63,969 nt of DNA, filler included, from Rhabdomonas costata (GCA_019059605.1; 45 parts of 45 records of this genome joined end to end with filler, not necessarily neighbours in it); one strand, 5' to 3'. Positions 11,821-24,230 are shown, counted from the whole stretch's first letter. Numbers and translations are program-made. The notes: generated by a model not told the origin, from the sequence alone.

Positions 11821-12139
11821 ATATATTAGAGTTGTGGAAATAAAAATTTATAAAAATTTTATTTTTAAATATTTAATACTAAAAATAAAATTTTTTGTAT
11901 TAATAATAAGATATTAAAAATATATTTTTAAATATATGGTCTTACATGGTTTAATTACTCAAATTTCCATATTATAATTATTTTAAGAAGCAGTTGTAAA
12001 TGATCAAGATATTTTAATAAAATATTTAATATCATTATGTATATTGGAGGTGTGGAACTAAAATTTTTTATTTATGTTCTTTTTATAAAAAATGATATAA
12101 ATAAAAAATTATATTCTATATTATATCAAATTAATTAAG

Positions 12140-12664
12140 ATGAATTATCTTCTAAATCTAATCAATAAATTATTGCCACCTATTCGTCGTTCTACTTATT
12201 CAAATAAATATTACTTAAAAACAATTATTTACTGTCTAAAAATGGTATTTCATGGAAAGAAGTCACTAAAAATCCGATTCATTCAAATACAACAAAACCT
12301 AATCACTATTCTATAATTTTCAAAGTTTTTAAAAAATGGCAACATCTACATTTATTTGAAATTACTTATAAGGAATTATTAATGTCTTATTCTACCAAAT
12401 ATTCTTAAAACAAAAACAAAATGATTTTTATTATCGATTCATCTGTTATTGTTAATTTATTCGGTGTTGAATGTGTCGGTAAATATTATCAAAATAAAAA
12501 AAAATCTGTCAAAATATCCGTTGATACAAATGGTATTCCTTTTAGTATCACTGTTTATCCAGCAAATAAAAGTGATAATACTACTTTACTTGATACTTTC
12601 AATAATATATTAGTTCCATTAAATTTAAAATCAATTATTCTTGGTGATAAAGGATATGTTATTA
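12140..12664 (+). mobile_element. Disrupted IS5-like (DDE_Tnp_1 type) transposase in AT-rich contig
   Basis: MNYLL...IIYCLK/[frameshift in A-run ~12240]/NGISW...YSIIFKVFKKW...YS*NKNKMIFIIDSS...KISVDTNGIPF...PANKSD...IILGDKGY; first two catalytic Asp motifs visible; in-frame TAA at 12406. Confidence 0.8.
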
Positions 12665-12954
12665 AAAGTATCAAGTAAAGTAGTATTATCACTTTTATTT
12701 GCGGGATAAACAGTGATACTAAAAAAAAAANNNNNNNNNNNNNNNNNNNNNNNNNNNNNNNNNNNNNNNNNNNNTTAATTAATTAANNNNNNNNNNNNNN
12801 NNNNNNNNNNNNNNNNNNNNNNNNNNNNNNTTTTGGGACTTACCAACAACCCGGATGAGAGGATGAGGTGCGCGGCAAACGCACCATTCGAACCTGTGGC
12901 CTTTCTCTCCCGGGGCTCTGTGTTCTGCTTACGAGGCATCGACAGTGGGGTGGG

Positions 12955-13236
12955 ACCGTGCCTGGCTGAGCGCAACCCCCCAGTGCCGCCCTCCGGCCTC
13001 CTCTTCGTCCCGACGGATTTCCAGCTGCTCTGCCGGCGCTGGCTCGGGGTCCCCGTTTTTCCCTCCCTGGAAGCTGCCCTATGCCCAGCCTGCGGCGCCC
13101 AGGGAGAGACCCACGGGGACCACGTGCTGTGCTGCGCAGCGCTGGGTCAGTACGCGCGACACACGGCCCTGGTTGACGCCCTGGTGCACGTTGCCGAAGC
13201 GGCGGGCTTCACCTGCCTTCGGGAACAAGGCGTTGA
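12955..13236 (+). mobile_element. CRE-like non-LTR retrotransposon fragment (post-RT region and zinc knuckle before the restriction-like endonuclease)
   Basis: RAWLSATP [frameshift] GLLFVPTDFQLLCRRWLGVPVF...CPACG...HGDHVLCC...YARHTALVDAL...REQ; this motif order is typical of CRE-clade elements; truncated before the RPAD endonuclease motif. Confidence 0.75.
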
Positions 13237-14384
13237 TCAGTATCTTGTCGATCTCTGTTGGGTTTCTTGTTCGACTTCCTTCCTCCGCTCCCGATTCCCA
13301 CATTCGCCTGTTTGCTTTCTTCACAGGTTCCATCCCTGCTACTGTTTCCACCCAACCTAACCCAACTTACACTAATTCGGGAAGTAATTCGGGAGTGAAC
13401 ACCGTTTGGAAGCAAAGTTCATAGAGCAAGCCTGCACGTGAACATCAACAAAATGGACCGCTGAAGGTTCTTTTTGGGAAGGCAACACCGACCAGTGGGG
13501 CGTGCCTGCACAGACGGTCAATGGCAAGGAAGAGCAGCAAGAGACATGCGCTAACGTCATTTTCAAAAAGTTGAGTGGGAAACTCGGAGCATCAGAGAGA
13601 AGATGAGCAATGCCACAGGGTTGGGAGGCAGGGAGCGTAGGTGAAGGAGGAATGTGTAACGTGTGAGGTGGGTAGGAAGGCTGGTGGTGGAAGAAATGCG
13701 CTCTGGCCGGGGAAAGGGGTCCGTGGGGTTGTGGATAGAATACTGTAGTATCCACTTTAATATCAAGATTTTCCGCGAAACAAAGGCGGAATATGCGGCG
13801 AATATTCGGGCTGTATGGGAGTGCGAAAAGAAACGGTTGCAGTGAGTGAAGACAGAAGAGAGATTGTCGGTAAAAATGCATACCCGGGGAAGAGAGTGTT
13901 GGGAGCTGGGACGGATCGCATGAAGGTAGCAAATAGCTCAGCGTCTTGCTGGGCCCATGTGGGGACCTGGACAGTGGCGGCAAAGGAACAAGGCGGAAGG
14001 CAGATACTAGAAAGGTGGAACCAAATGGCTCAAAGATGTTGGGTTGTACGCTGGCACTGAATCTCCAACGTCCCCACAGGAGGAGCTGTTTCGGGGGAGG
14101 CCAAGGTGGAAGAGCGTAGCGGCGCCTACACACACACCCAAACACACCCACCACNNNNNNNNNNNNNNNNNNNNNNNNNNNNNNNNNNNNNNNNNNNNTT
14201 AATTAATTAANNNNNNNNNNNNNNNNNNNNNNNNNNNNNNNNNNNNNNNNNNNNGGTTGGTTTGTTTCTGACTTGAGTGATCAGAAACAAATCAGCAAGC
14301 AAAAACTGCACACAGGGAGGCTACCAGAAGATTGCAAAGAATTTGAAAGCTGACTGGTATGGTGGCACAGGATGTGCCAACACA

Positions 14385-14432
14385 GCTTCCAAGGTCAAGG
14401 GCTTCCAAGGTCAAGGGCTTCCAAGGCTTCCA
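14385..14432 (+). repeat. Short tandem repeat (GCTTCCAAGGTCAAGG x2 plus partial units)
   Basis: Seen directly. Confidence 0.8.
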
Positions 14433-17400
14433 AAACCATGAAGGGAAGTCAGTTCAGGACAAAAATGGAGCCATGGGGAGATCGAGGAGACTCGTGCACG
14501 ACGACGTCAGCGACGTCTGCAGTTCATGATTACGCACCGCTGTTCGACACCCTTCCATACTGTGAATATACTGAAACGTGACTTACCAAGCCCCCTTTGC
14601 CATACCCACGACGCCCGCATCCACGTCGGATGACGATGGCGCTGAAACATAGGAACTGAGGAAACTCATTTCATCAGAGCTCCACCAATCAACGAATCAA
14701 TTTGGAGGCATGCAACAAGCGAGGAACCGCTCCCGAAAACGCAGCAGTTATATGGACTGAAGACTACTCAAACAGGGTCAGGGTCAGGGTTGTGCTGCTC
14801 TGCGAAAGTACTCTCTGCAAGATTGACAAGATTGAAATCATTATCCTTCCATGGGAAAACTGCTTGGTGGGATTTGAGATACAGGTTTCCTTTTTCTTTG
14901 ATGGCTGTCCAAAAGTTGTGCGGAGCTTTGTCCAGGCCAAATAAAGCATGGGACATATCCATTTGTATGCCAGTGATGCCAAACGCTGCCTACCACGAAA
15001 TCGATACTTCTTTGCTTTTCGGTGAGATTCCCCCCACCCTCCAATCTCTTGGCCGAGGGTCTTTCTCACAATCCGAATGGTGGCCCTGTAATTTCCAGAC
15101 GATGGCCCAACCACGGAACCGATCACGATGAGAAATCAGGTAGAAGGGGTGAAACGCCAACGGCACTTCCACCTCGCCTGTATGTGTCCCTCGGGCATGC
15201 CGAACACATAACAATGAAAAATACTTCAGCGCGAAATACAGCCACAGCACTCCCTCAGAATTATACAAGACTGACGGACGACCAGCGATGTGTCAGCGGG
15301 GCCCCACCTCTCAGACCTTCTTGTATTCGTAAGTTCGCTGCCTCAGCAGGAGAATTTCCTGCCTCATACCACTAACCAGCCGACCGATGTACCAGCTCAG
15401 CCCCACCAATCCCAGGGGGCACACCTGAAGGAGTGAAATGCGGGTGCGGGTTGGAATGAGCTTTGGCAACCAGTCACAACAGCAACGGATGCATGTGTGT
15501 GGGGCACTACGGGGGCAATGGAATCTCCACATAACTACCACTTGGACGTCTGAGATGGATAAGCAATCCAACAACCACNNNNNNNNNNNNNNNNNNNNNN
15601 NNNNNNNNNNNNNNNNNNNNNNTTAATTAATTAANNNNNNNNNNNNNNNNNNNNNNNNNNNNNNNNNNNNNNNNNNNNGGTCTTTTGTGTTATTTTTTCG
15701 ATCTGCGATGTAGGTCAATGCCTTGTGTGGGGATACAGCACTTCTATTACCGGGGGGTCTTTAAAGATGAAAAAAAAACGAGCCACGTGTTTCATGTTTA
15801 TGTCACTATGCGCTGGGCTGGCTTCGCTTTCAAAAACCAAGGTCTTTCTGTCGCAACCTTGTGCAGGCGCGATCCAGCTCAATTAAAAAGAAAGTCATCT
15901 CTCCTCGCAGAAAACCTAGCTCGCCATGACGAGTAATGCCCCAACTTCTGGGAAATTACCAAAGCGCGGAAACCTCGTTAGTGCTTTCCATCGCCCCTTG
16001 TCCACTTTTTGCTTGCCAACAGGATTTTATCGCCTCCCCAGATAGCTGCCCCACTTCCGCGGATGACTCACAGGAGCGCCTCAAGCTTGGAAAGACGGTG
16101 CTTCGCGCGTTCTGTGCGTTTCTCTGCTCTGTCGGAACACTCCTCTTCTGGTGTGATTCAGGCTCCATTCATAACCAACAGACCGTGGCTTTTACTGCGA
16201 GCCTCCCATGAACTCCTTGTGATATGGCGCGGCACTATAGAAGGTTATGACACCAGACTTTGCAAAGTGATGTGCAGTTGTTGGCAATCCCGGAGAATAT
16301 GAAGTAAAATGGGGACTGAGGAAGAATGAAAACCGTCCAGAAGCCAGGCATAATAGAAACATAGCAGAAAACAAAACGAGGGAGGGGAGAGAGGTCCTGC
16401 GGAATCTGAAGGCTAAAAGTTCTAAAGCTCAGATGCAGTGAATGAATACTGTAAGAAAGTGGGGGTGGAGGAGGGCTGGGATGTAAAATTCGTTTTTCCG
16501 TATACTCGGATCTGCACCACAACACATGGCTAGGTTTAAAACCGTTACGTGCCCTTCTGCACAAGCAATTTGCCTTAAAGATCAACACAAGCACTGCATC
16601 ACCCGATAAAAATAATCGCGCCTTCCGCGCTATAACCTCTTCAAAACACCCCATATCTAACTGCTTTTTAGGTCCACCACCAAGAACACTTTCCGGTTTC
16701 ATTACCGAGCATGTCCATAGACAACCCATTTCTATAGGCAAAAAAGACTTCGAATGGTCCGTCCCAAATCATTTTCCTGAGTCTCCGGGCGTAAGTTACC
16801 TTATTTCAGCCCCAGGTCGCCTCTCAAGGTAGTTCCTTGATGCAGGCGAACAGCAATGTGCGGCACTGTACCAGTGGTCCGCACCGCTATCTCATCGCAG
16901 TAAGCGTCCCTCCCCCTCCCCCCTCTCGCGCAGGTTGTGGAGGCGCTGTGTGGGATCCTCCAAGCGTTCACCGCCGGGGAGGTGGCGCGGAGGATCCCAC
17001 ACNNNNNNNNNNNNNNNNNNNNNNNNNNNNNNNNNNNNNNNNNNNNTTAATTAATTAANNNNNNNNNNNNNNNNNNNNNNNNNNNNNNNNNNNNNNNNNN
17101 NNGGTTTTTGGGCAAAGGCTGGGCGTCGGCGGTTGGTACAGCGCATCCACCGTCGCCGCAGCTCGTGGCTGCGCAACAATTCTAAAAATAACCAAACGGG
17201 GGCCAAACGATGCTACCTGTCAGGAGCTCCACAGTGGAGCATTGAGTAGTCTATTACCACACCCATCTGTGGTAATGGTTTGGGTACCCCATAACTGGTC
17301 CGCAGTTTAAACCTTGAGTGCCGTTTCCAGACACGCGTACAGATGTATACAAACAGAGCTTTCACAGCATTGTCTGCAAACTGCACAAAAACACAGTGCA

Positions 17401-17617
17401 CAAAAATATTCACACCTTCGCCGCAACGGCGAGAGATTCAGAAACAGTCCCAGCCTCAGCTTCCGGGACAAAAGCAGAATCGCCTTCAAAAAATACAGGT
17501 AGACAAGTGGAACACGTCGCACCATACCCATACACCAGAGTGGATCCTTCCACGGGTACAGTGCATCCCCCTCACGGACATGACGAAAGTGATGTTTTTG
17601 GTTCGCCAGCTTCTGTC

Positions 17618-17648
17618 TCTTCTTCTTCTTCTTCTTCTTCTTCTTCTG
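17618..17648 (+). repeat. (TCT)n microsatellite
   Basis: About 10 TCT units. Confidence 0.9.
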
Positions 17649-20155
17649 AAAATCCTTTCAAGATATCGAGGCCACCAGTCGTAACGGGCTACTATTTTGG
17701 ACGTGCCGTGGAGTTCACTGTGACAAAACGTTCCAAACACCACGTTTTATAATTACCTGGCTTTCAATGCTGCTGCTCCACCTGAGTGCAATGGAGCCGC
17801 GGTTTCGCTGCTTGCATTTTTTATCCTAATAGGCTTTTATCCGCTCTGGACACCAAAACAACCATTCCCCAGACAACCATTTTTCAACATCCTGGACTCC
17901 TCGGCTGTCATTTCAACAATGGAACTTTGGGAAGGTCTTCAAACATTTAAAACGCACCATGAACTTGAACCAACCCAGTGAAACGGCCTGAATCCTAAAG
18001 TCTACAAATCCCATATTTATTCCTGCACAACGTATGAAAATCACATTGCGTCAGTGACCACCATATGCTGAACCAGGCGGATATTCGAGGAATCAAGAAG
18101 TGCAAGAAGTGCGAAGGCCACGATGGGACCACGTAAGCCTGATTACATGACCGCTGGCCTTGGCTAACAGACAGGATAACCGCACATCACACATGACAAT
18201 TCACCAGCGAACCGCCCGTGCAGGCTCACGCGCACACAATGTTATATAAAATAAGGCTACTACATGATCATATTAGAATAAGGTAAGTACTGCGATCTAT
18301 CGATATTTTTGTGCAAAACAGACTGATTAAGTACCACAAAAACCTCCCCATACCGCAGGAAGGTCCCAGTGGCGGGGCTTCCTGAAACCCAAGTTGGAGG
18401 CCCGCCACACCAAACACACCCACACNNNNNNNNNNNNNNNNNNNNNNNNNNNNNNNNNNNNNNNNNNNNTTAATTAATTAANNNNNNNNNNNNNNNNNNN
18501 NNNNNNNNNNNNNNNNNNNNNNNNNGCTTTGCCTTTTCGTCTCTATCCTTTCCTCCGCCTGGGAGGCTATCGCGGTCTTCGGAGCGTGAGCACTGTGCGC
18601 TTTGTGTGTGTAAGTGGCTGGGTGTATGTCCTCTGGTGCCTTCAGAGGGGCGAATCACACTTCCCACTTCTCCCAAAGCGTTCCCACGATTGCCACTTTT
18701 CTCTTCACCTTTCTCCCTTTCTCCTTTCTTTTCATCCTATTTTTGACCCGTAGCTTTTCGAGTATTGTTTATGGATGTTTCTCGCCTTCTCTCATTCTGC
18801 CTCCACATTTGGATTGACAGGAACGATCTGCCAGACTTTTGGTTTTGTTCGTTCTGTTCTCTTTTGGTTTGCTCTTGCTTTGGAGGAATCAGAGGTCGGC
18901 GCACCACTGATGAGGGGGGCTGCCCGTATAGTGGTTTTACAGCCATTATACTGTAGTAACCTTATGCAGGTGTTTCCCTCCACCGTAATCTGAGACTTTT
19001 TGTCACATGGACTGAATTCAGGTTCTCGGTAAAAACCTTGCGTCTGTACCGTGTTCCCAATCGGATGCTGGATTGGGGCAAATGGCAGCTTCTACCCCGA
19101 AAAAACTTCCCCCGCCTTCGGCGCCCAACCCCTTCTTTTCGTGACACAGCTTTGTTTGCCGCTACGCTGCCAGCTGGAGGGTATGAACCTCTACTCTGAG
19201 ACACCCATTCGAGACCAGTGGTACAGACTAATCTCTCAGTTTCCCGGCGGGGCTAACCTTAGTATAATGTCATTATTCGAGGCGTATAATGGAATGCGCT
19301 ATAATATTATTATGGCTCATCCTCTCCTCCTCTTATTTCGCTTTTGCTTTACCAATCAGTATCCTCGCTGTTCTGTCTGTCCATGATCGTGCATTTGTTC
19401 GTTGTATTCGTTTTGTGTGGTCAGAGGTCCTTGCCTGCGCCGGGTCCCCCGCCTCCGAACCTTGTGCCTTTTTGTACTCCGTGCCGTCGTGCCCTTGCTT
19501 TTTTTTTGCCTTTGCTTCTTCCGCGCTGGGTTTTTGTGTGTCCCTCACCCTTCTTGAGCCACCCGTATCTCCCGCAAGGTTGCAGGTGCCGGCTTGCTTA
19601 GCATCATATCTCTTCTTTTTGGATGTGACCGGAGCTGCACTAAGTTGACCCCTATATTTCCAATGCAGGCATGTTACGAGGGGGCACTCGCAGGGGCGCC
19701 GAGGGGCAGCGGGTCCTCCGAACCATTATGTATGCTTTTGATATCGAGGCATTGCATCTGGGAACAAGGCATGGTCTCCCTCCGGCACAGTCTAAAATAA
19801 TGCCCAATGTCAGTTTGGGCCGAGAGAAAAACAGCCCTACCCCCCAACANNNNNNNNNNNNNNNNNNNNNNNNNNNNNNNNNNNNNNNNNNNNTTAATTA
19901 ATTAANNNNNNNNNNNNNNNNNNNNNNNNNNNNNNNNNNNNNNNNNNNNGTTGGGTGGGTACTGGCTCTTTTTGGCCTAAGATTTCTGAGCTGACTGAGG
20001 CAGCGGAGTTTGTCCTGAAGGTTGGCTTCTGCATGCACGAAACTGTGCTCACGCTCAGAATGGCAAATGATCCTTTATTCGTGATTGCATTTGTTGCATT
20101 CTGAAAACGTAGTCCCAAACCACCTTTAAACAAACAAATCTACTTCGGATTTCAG

Positions 20156-20374
20156 GCCGAACTCGAGGCAGTGGACAAAGACAAATGGACTGCACTCCAC
20201 TATGCCGCTGGCTATGGCCAAGCTGCAGTTGCGGAGCTGCTGTTGGCCGCCAACGCCAGCCCCATCGCTGTAAACCAGTCCGGCCGCACACCCGCGGACA
20301 AAGCCAAGCTGCGTGGGCACACCGAGCTTGCAACTCGGCTACATGAATGTCAGCAGGGCACTGCTTCCAAGTAA
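20156..20374 (+). CDS. Ankyrin-repeat protein, terminal exon
   Basis: TTCAG acceptor, then AELEAVDKDKWTALHYAAGYGQAAVAELLLAANASPIAVNQSGRTPADKAKLRGHTELATRL...stop. Confidence 0.9.
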   Translation, partial: AELEAVDKDKWTALHYAAGYGQAAVAELLLAANASPIAVNQSGRTPADKAKLRGHTELATRLHECQQGTASK

Positions 20375-21020
20375 ATGCCGCCCGCATCGAGGAAGCTATG
20401 CCGATGATACGCTCAGCGGCGTCCGATGCTGCAGCCATTTCGTGGTGTTGTGTATGAGTACTGGGACTTCTGTGGAGTCATGGCGATGGATGTGCATGGG
20501 ACGTTATGTCTGTGTTGTGGATTTCTGGGCCGCACTCAACGGAGTGGTCGGAACAACGAAAAAGGCGAAAATTCATGGGCAATGTCATTATGACGGGATA
20601 GGACCTGGTGTGGAACAGCGCACCTGTGAGGAGGGAGCCGGGCCCCCTTGAACCCGGACAGACAGAATTACGAGACATAAAAATCCAGACGAAAGGAGAA
20701 ACCTCATTATAAGCATTGAAGCCTCATGAAGAGTGAGGAAAAACTTCGAATATACCGATCTGACCTTTAACGTCGATTTGGCCAAAGCTACTCTTTTTTG
20801 TGCACACTTGATTTGTTAAATTATTTTGCATGGTTTTGTGTTGTTTAATTGTTTGTTTGGATTTTGAGATTGCTTTACTTCCGGACTGAAAAACTTGGAG
20901 AATGATTTGAAAGATGTCGGAGCGCAGTGGCCGGAGAAATGGAGACACGTAACACTTTTGAATATTTGGCACAACTCCAAAAGTGGAACACGGCTGGGAA
21001 AGGCCAGAAACAGACAACAT

Positions 21021-21263
21021 CTAGTGTTCGTCCAAGGTCAGCACAGAGAGTTGGTGCGCTAAAGTTTCTTCGTGAGCGTAGGAGCCCAAGAGCACCAGAA
21101 TCCGCTCAAAGACAGACCGGTTGGGATCCAACACGGAGCTATTATGCCTCCACATGAACTCAGCGAGGAATAGAGGCTGAGTCTCCGTGCGAAGGGATTT
21201 CATACCCCGCATACAGTTCTTGAAACAGCCCCAGTAGCCATCAATTGTGTTTGTGTGGACCTT
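21021..21263 (-). mobile_element. Merlin / IS1595(ISXO2)-type DDE transposase, C-terminal fragment
   Basis: KVHTNTIDGYWGCFKNCMRGMKSLRTETQPLFLAEFMWRHN matches the family signature VHTNxIExxWxxxK...YLxEFxWRxN; 5' part lost at the contig edge. Confidence 0.8.
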
Positions 21264-23496
21264 CCCCCCAACCNNNNNNNNNNNNNNNNNNNNNNNNNNN
21301 NNNNNNNNNNNNNNNNNTTAATTAATTAANNNNNNNNNNNNNNNNNNNNNNNNNNNNNNNNNNNNNNNNNNNNCTTTGACTTGGGGGACTCTCCAGGCGC
21401 GCTCTGAGCGCCGCGAAAGCTCGCCGCGGCGCGGTGAAAGGAGTCTCTCCGCGGGGTCGGGGGGTGGGCAGGCAGAGGTGGGGAGGCCTCCCCCACACCC
21501 ACCATCACGGCAGGCCCCGACGGAGCGGCTACCAGAGCAATGCCAGCCTCAGTGGCAAACGTCACCAGATCATTCGAGAACACTTCCTGAAAAACAGAGA
21601 AGGGCACAAAAAGAAACACTGATTCAGTACCAGACAGTCATACCAAAGCACCCCTCCCTTCTGGCAGTATTATCTGCTCAGGTAGGAGCTCAAAAAACAC
21701 AAAGCAGAACTAAGGTGCACACTACTAAGTAAAGGTTTTTATGAGGAGAGGCGGAAAATATGTCAAAGCGTCGCTGACTGCGCAGACATGTAAAAGAGAG
21801 GCGGCGTTACAGGATCGGAAGTGAGGAGCGCTGAGGGGAGGCAATGGTACGGATAGAACCGGGCTGTAGCCATCGGGGGTGCTTGGGCTGGGCTCTGTGA
21901 GTATCGTGCTGAAGGGGACCCCAGGAGAGCCGAACAGCGCTCTGCAGTGCGGGCTCGAGCTCGACAGTGGTGACACGGAGGTCCCTGTGCGTGTGTGCAA
22001 GCGCGCTAAAGGAAAATGGTGTGTGTGTGACTTCAAGCCATAACCGCAGAAGGTGGAAAAGGCCAAAAATACTGAAGAGAACGTGGAGTTTCGAGCGCCT
22101 GAAGCTGTGGGCCTGTTGCATATTGGAATTCCTCTCTGCGCGCTTCCGGGGCAACTTCAACTATGCATCAAGTGTAACCTGTGAGGTCGCAACAGTTTGT
22201 TTTGGGCTGTGGTGTGCTGAAGCCAAGCAAAAGAAAAGGTAGTGGACACGGGTTGACCTGATGGGCGAGGACTTTGGCGAGGACTGGAGTCGTGCCTGAT
22301 CAACGACGGGGATAGCGCTGGAGGGGAGACGGCCTGAAAACGGAAAATGTGACACAGTGGGATGTGCTGGCTGGTTTGAACATCGCGGCATTACTCGGTG
22401 CTCCGCAGCAGAGAGGTTTTGTTTCTGAAACAAAGGGAGGAAGATGCTAGAAAACTCACAGAAGACCTTGACAAGTTAGGCCGTGTGCGCTGATGATGAT
22501 GATAATGATGATGTTGACCGGAGGACAACAGACCCAACATCTCCTCTCTGTCAGCACACCTTTTCTTTTGACACACTGACATACTTTTTGTCCCGGAGAA
22601 GGTCACGTGGAGAATTTCCTGCCTTTCCCACAACGGGGTGGATGGGAAACAAAAGCTTTCGAACAAACCAGTGCTTTCCTAGGTTGCCTGGACTTTCNNN
22701 NNNNNNNNNNNNNNNNNNNNNNNNNNNNNNNNNNNNNNNNNTTAATTAATTAANNNNNNNNNNNNNNNNNNNNNNNNNNNNNNNNNNNNNNNNNNNNGTG
22801 GAGCCACGCATCGGCTACTGCCTGTGACAAGGGAAACGGGAGAGGAGGAAAGTGCTCCTATTGCATCCGCAATCGCACCCGCTGGGAGAGCAAGGGAATG
22901 CTCCTTCAAAGTACTGTGCGCACGTTTGTACACTATTCGCTCGCTATATAGAGGGGAAGGTTGGGGGACATTCTTTTTTGCTGTGTGTGTGCTGTGTGTA
23001 TGAGTTTGGTGGTGGACGTTTAGGGGTCCCAGCGTTCCCAGCGACACTGTGCACCGTTCGATCTGCTCCTTTTCTGCATGGATGCTTTCTCGTTTGTCCG
23101 CAATGGCTGTGGCTATGTCAAACTGACGTGGCCGGGTTCAATAATGGACAAAACGTAGTGAATTTTTTTTGCCTCTGCAAATAGGCTCTGCTCAGGCTTT
23201 GGGTACGTTTTTCTTTATGGTTACCAGCGGCCAAATGAAGGGCACCTGTCTTCCGGAAGCATGACCGAACCTTCAAGAGCGCTTTTGTTTCATATCTTCC
23301 CTTTTGCACGCGGTGGTGCGCAGTACATTTTTGGCGCAGCAGGCTGAGTTCAAGCGCTACTCTCCACACACGTTCCCATTCCCTTCGTCATTCTCAAACA
23401 GCTAATTTGTTGCATCATTTGTTGGATATCTGTCTGTCTCTCTGTCTGTCTGTCTGTTTCTCTGTCCCGCGTTCTGAATTTTTTTGAAATGACTAG

Positions 23497-23930
23497 CGTC
23501 TTCACAAAACCTGGGAGGACTCAGTACTTCGTGGAGGGCACCGGGGCTGTTGATGGGAGTCTATACACCCGAGAGTTCTACGAGGTACGCCTGCAGTTCT
23601 CAGTGGCATCAACTCATCCCCTGCCACCTTTGTTTGACTTAGGAGAGGTGTGTTTGTTTGTTCGTGTTTGTGTCCGTTTGCTCGAAAAAAGAAAAGGCCG
23701 GAAATGAAACACGCCCACACATACACGCGTGAAAGAGAGCGACCATGAAAAGAAAGCTTCCCCATAACCCAAGACGCGCCCAGCGTGGGTGCTTGCACGC
23801 TCTTCTTGACAGCTCCTTGACGTCCCCTGATTGTGCGGGAATGTGCTTTTTTGTTCTGCGGCGCAGAACGACTCCCACGTCACGGCGATCGCGGAGCTGA
23901 ACCGCACGCTGGGGCTGTCCTCCCGAGGGA
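23497..23930 (+). CDS. Hypothetical protein exons (23497-23584 and from 23867)
   Basis: VFTKPGRTQYFVEGTGAVDGSLYTREFYE|NDSHVTAIAELNRTLGLSS; GT-AG boundaries, GC3-rich. Confidence 0.5.
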
Positions 23931-24230
23931 GGAGAAGCCTCACGACCGCACTACCAGCCATCTCGGAAAGCACGAGCTCCGAAAAGGAGAGTGAGCGCAG
24001 CAGCCGTGGCCCTGCCTTATCCTCTGTCACCACCACCTCCACTTCCCCTTTGAGCCAACCTTCCTCAGGCTTGCCTCCCCCCCCCATCCCCTCATCAACA
24101 CGCACACACACACACACACAANNNNNNNNNNNNNNNNNNNNNNNNNNNNNNNNNNNNNNNNNNNNTTAATTAATTAANNNNNNNNNNNNNNNNNNNNNNN
24201 NNNNNNNNNNNNNNNNNNNNNGTGGGGTTG

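Noticed and set aside
12665..12723. Transposase stop codon and downstream terminator hairpin
   Set aside because: This segment is the reverse complement of 12541-12599, so the stop is chimeric.
9983..14154. Apparent cluster of helicase, GNAT, IS transposase and retroelement as one island or system
   Set aside because: These lie on three separate contigs joined by spacers and have very different base composition.
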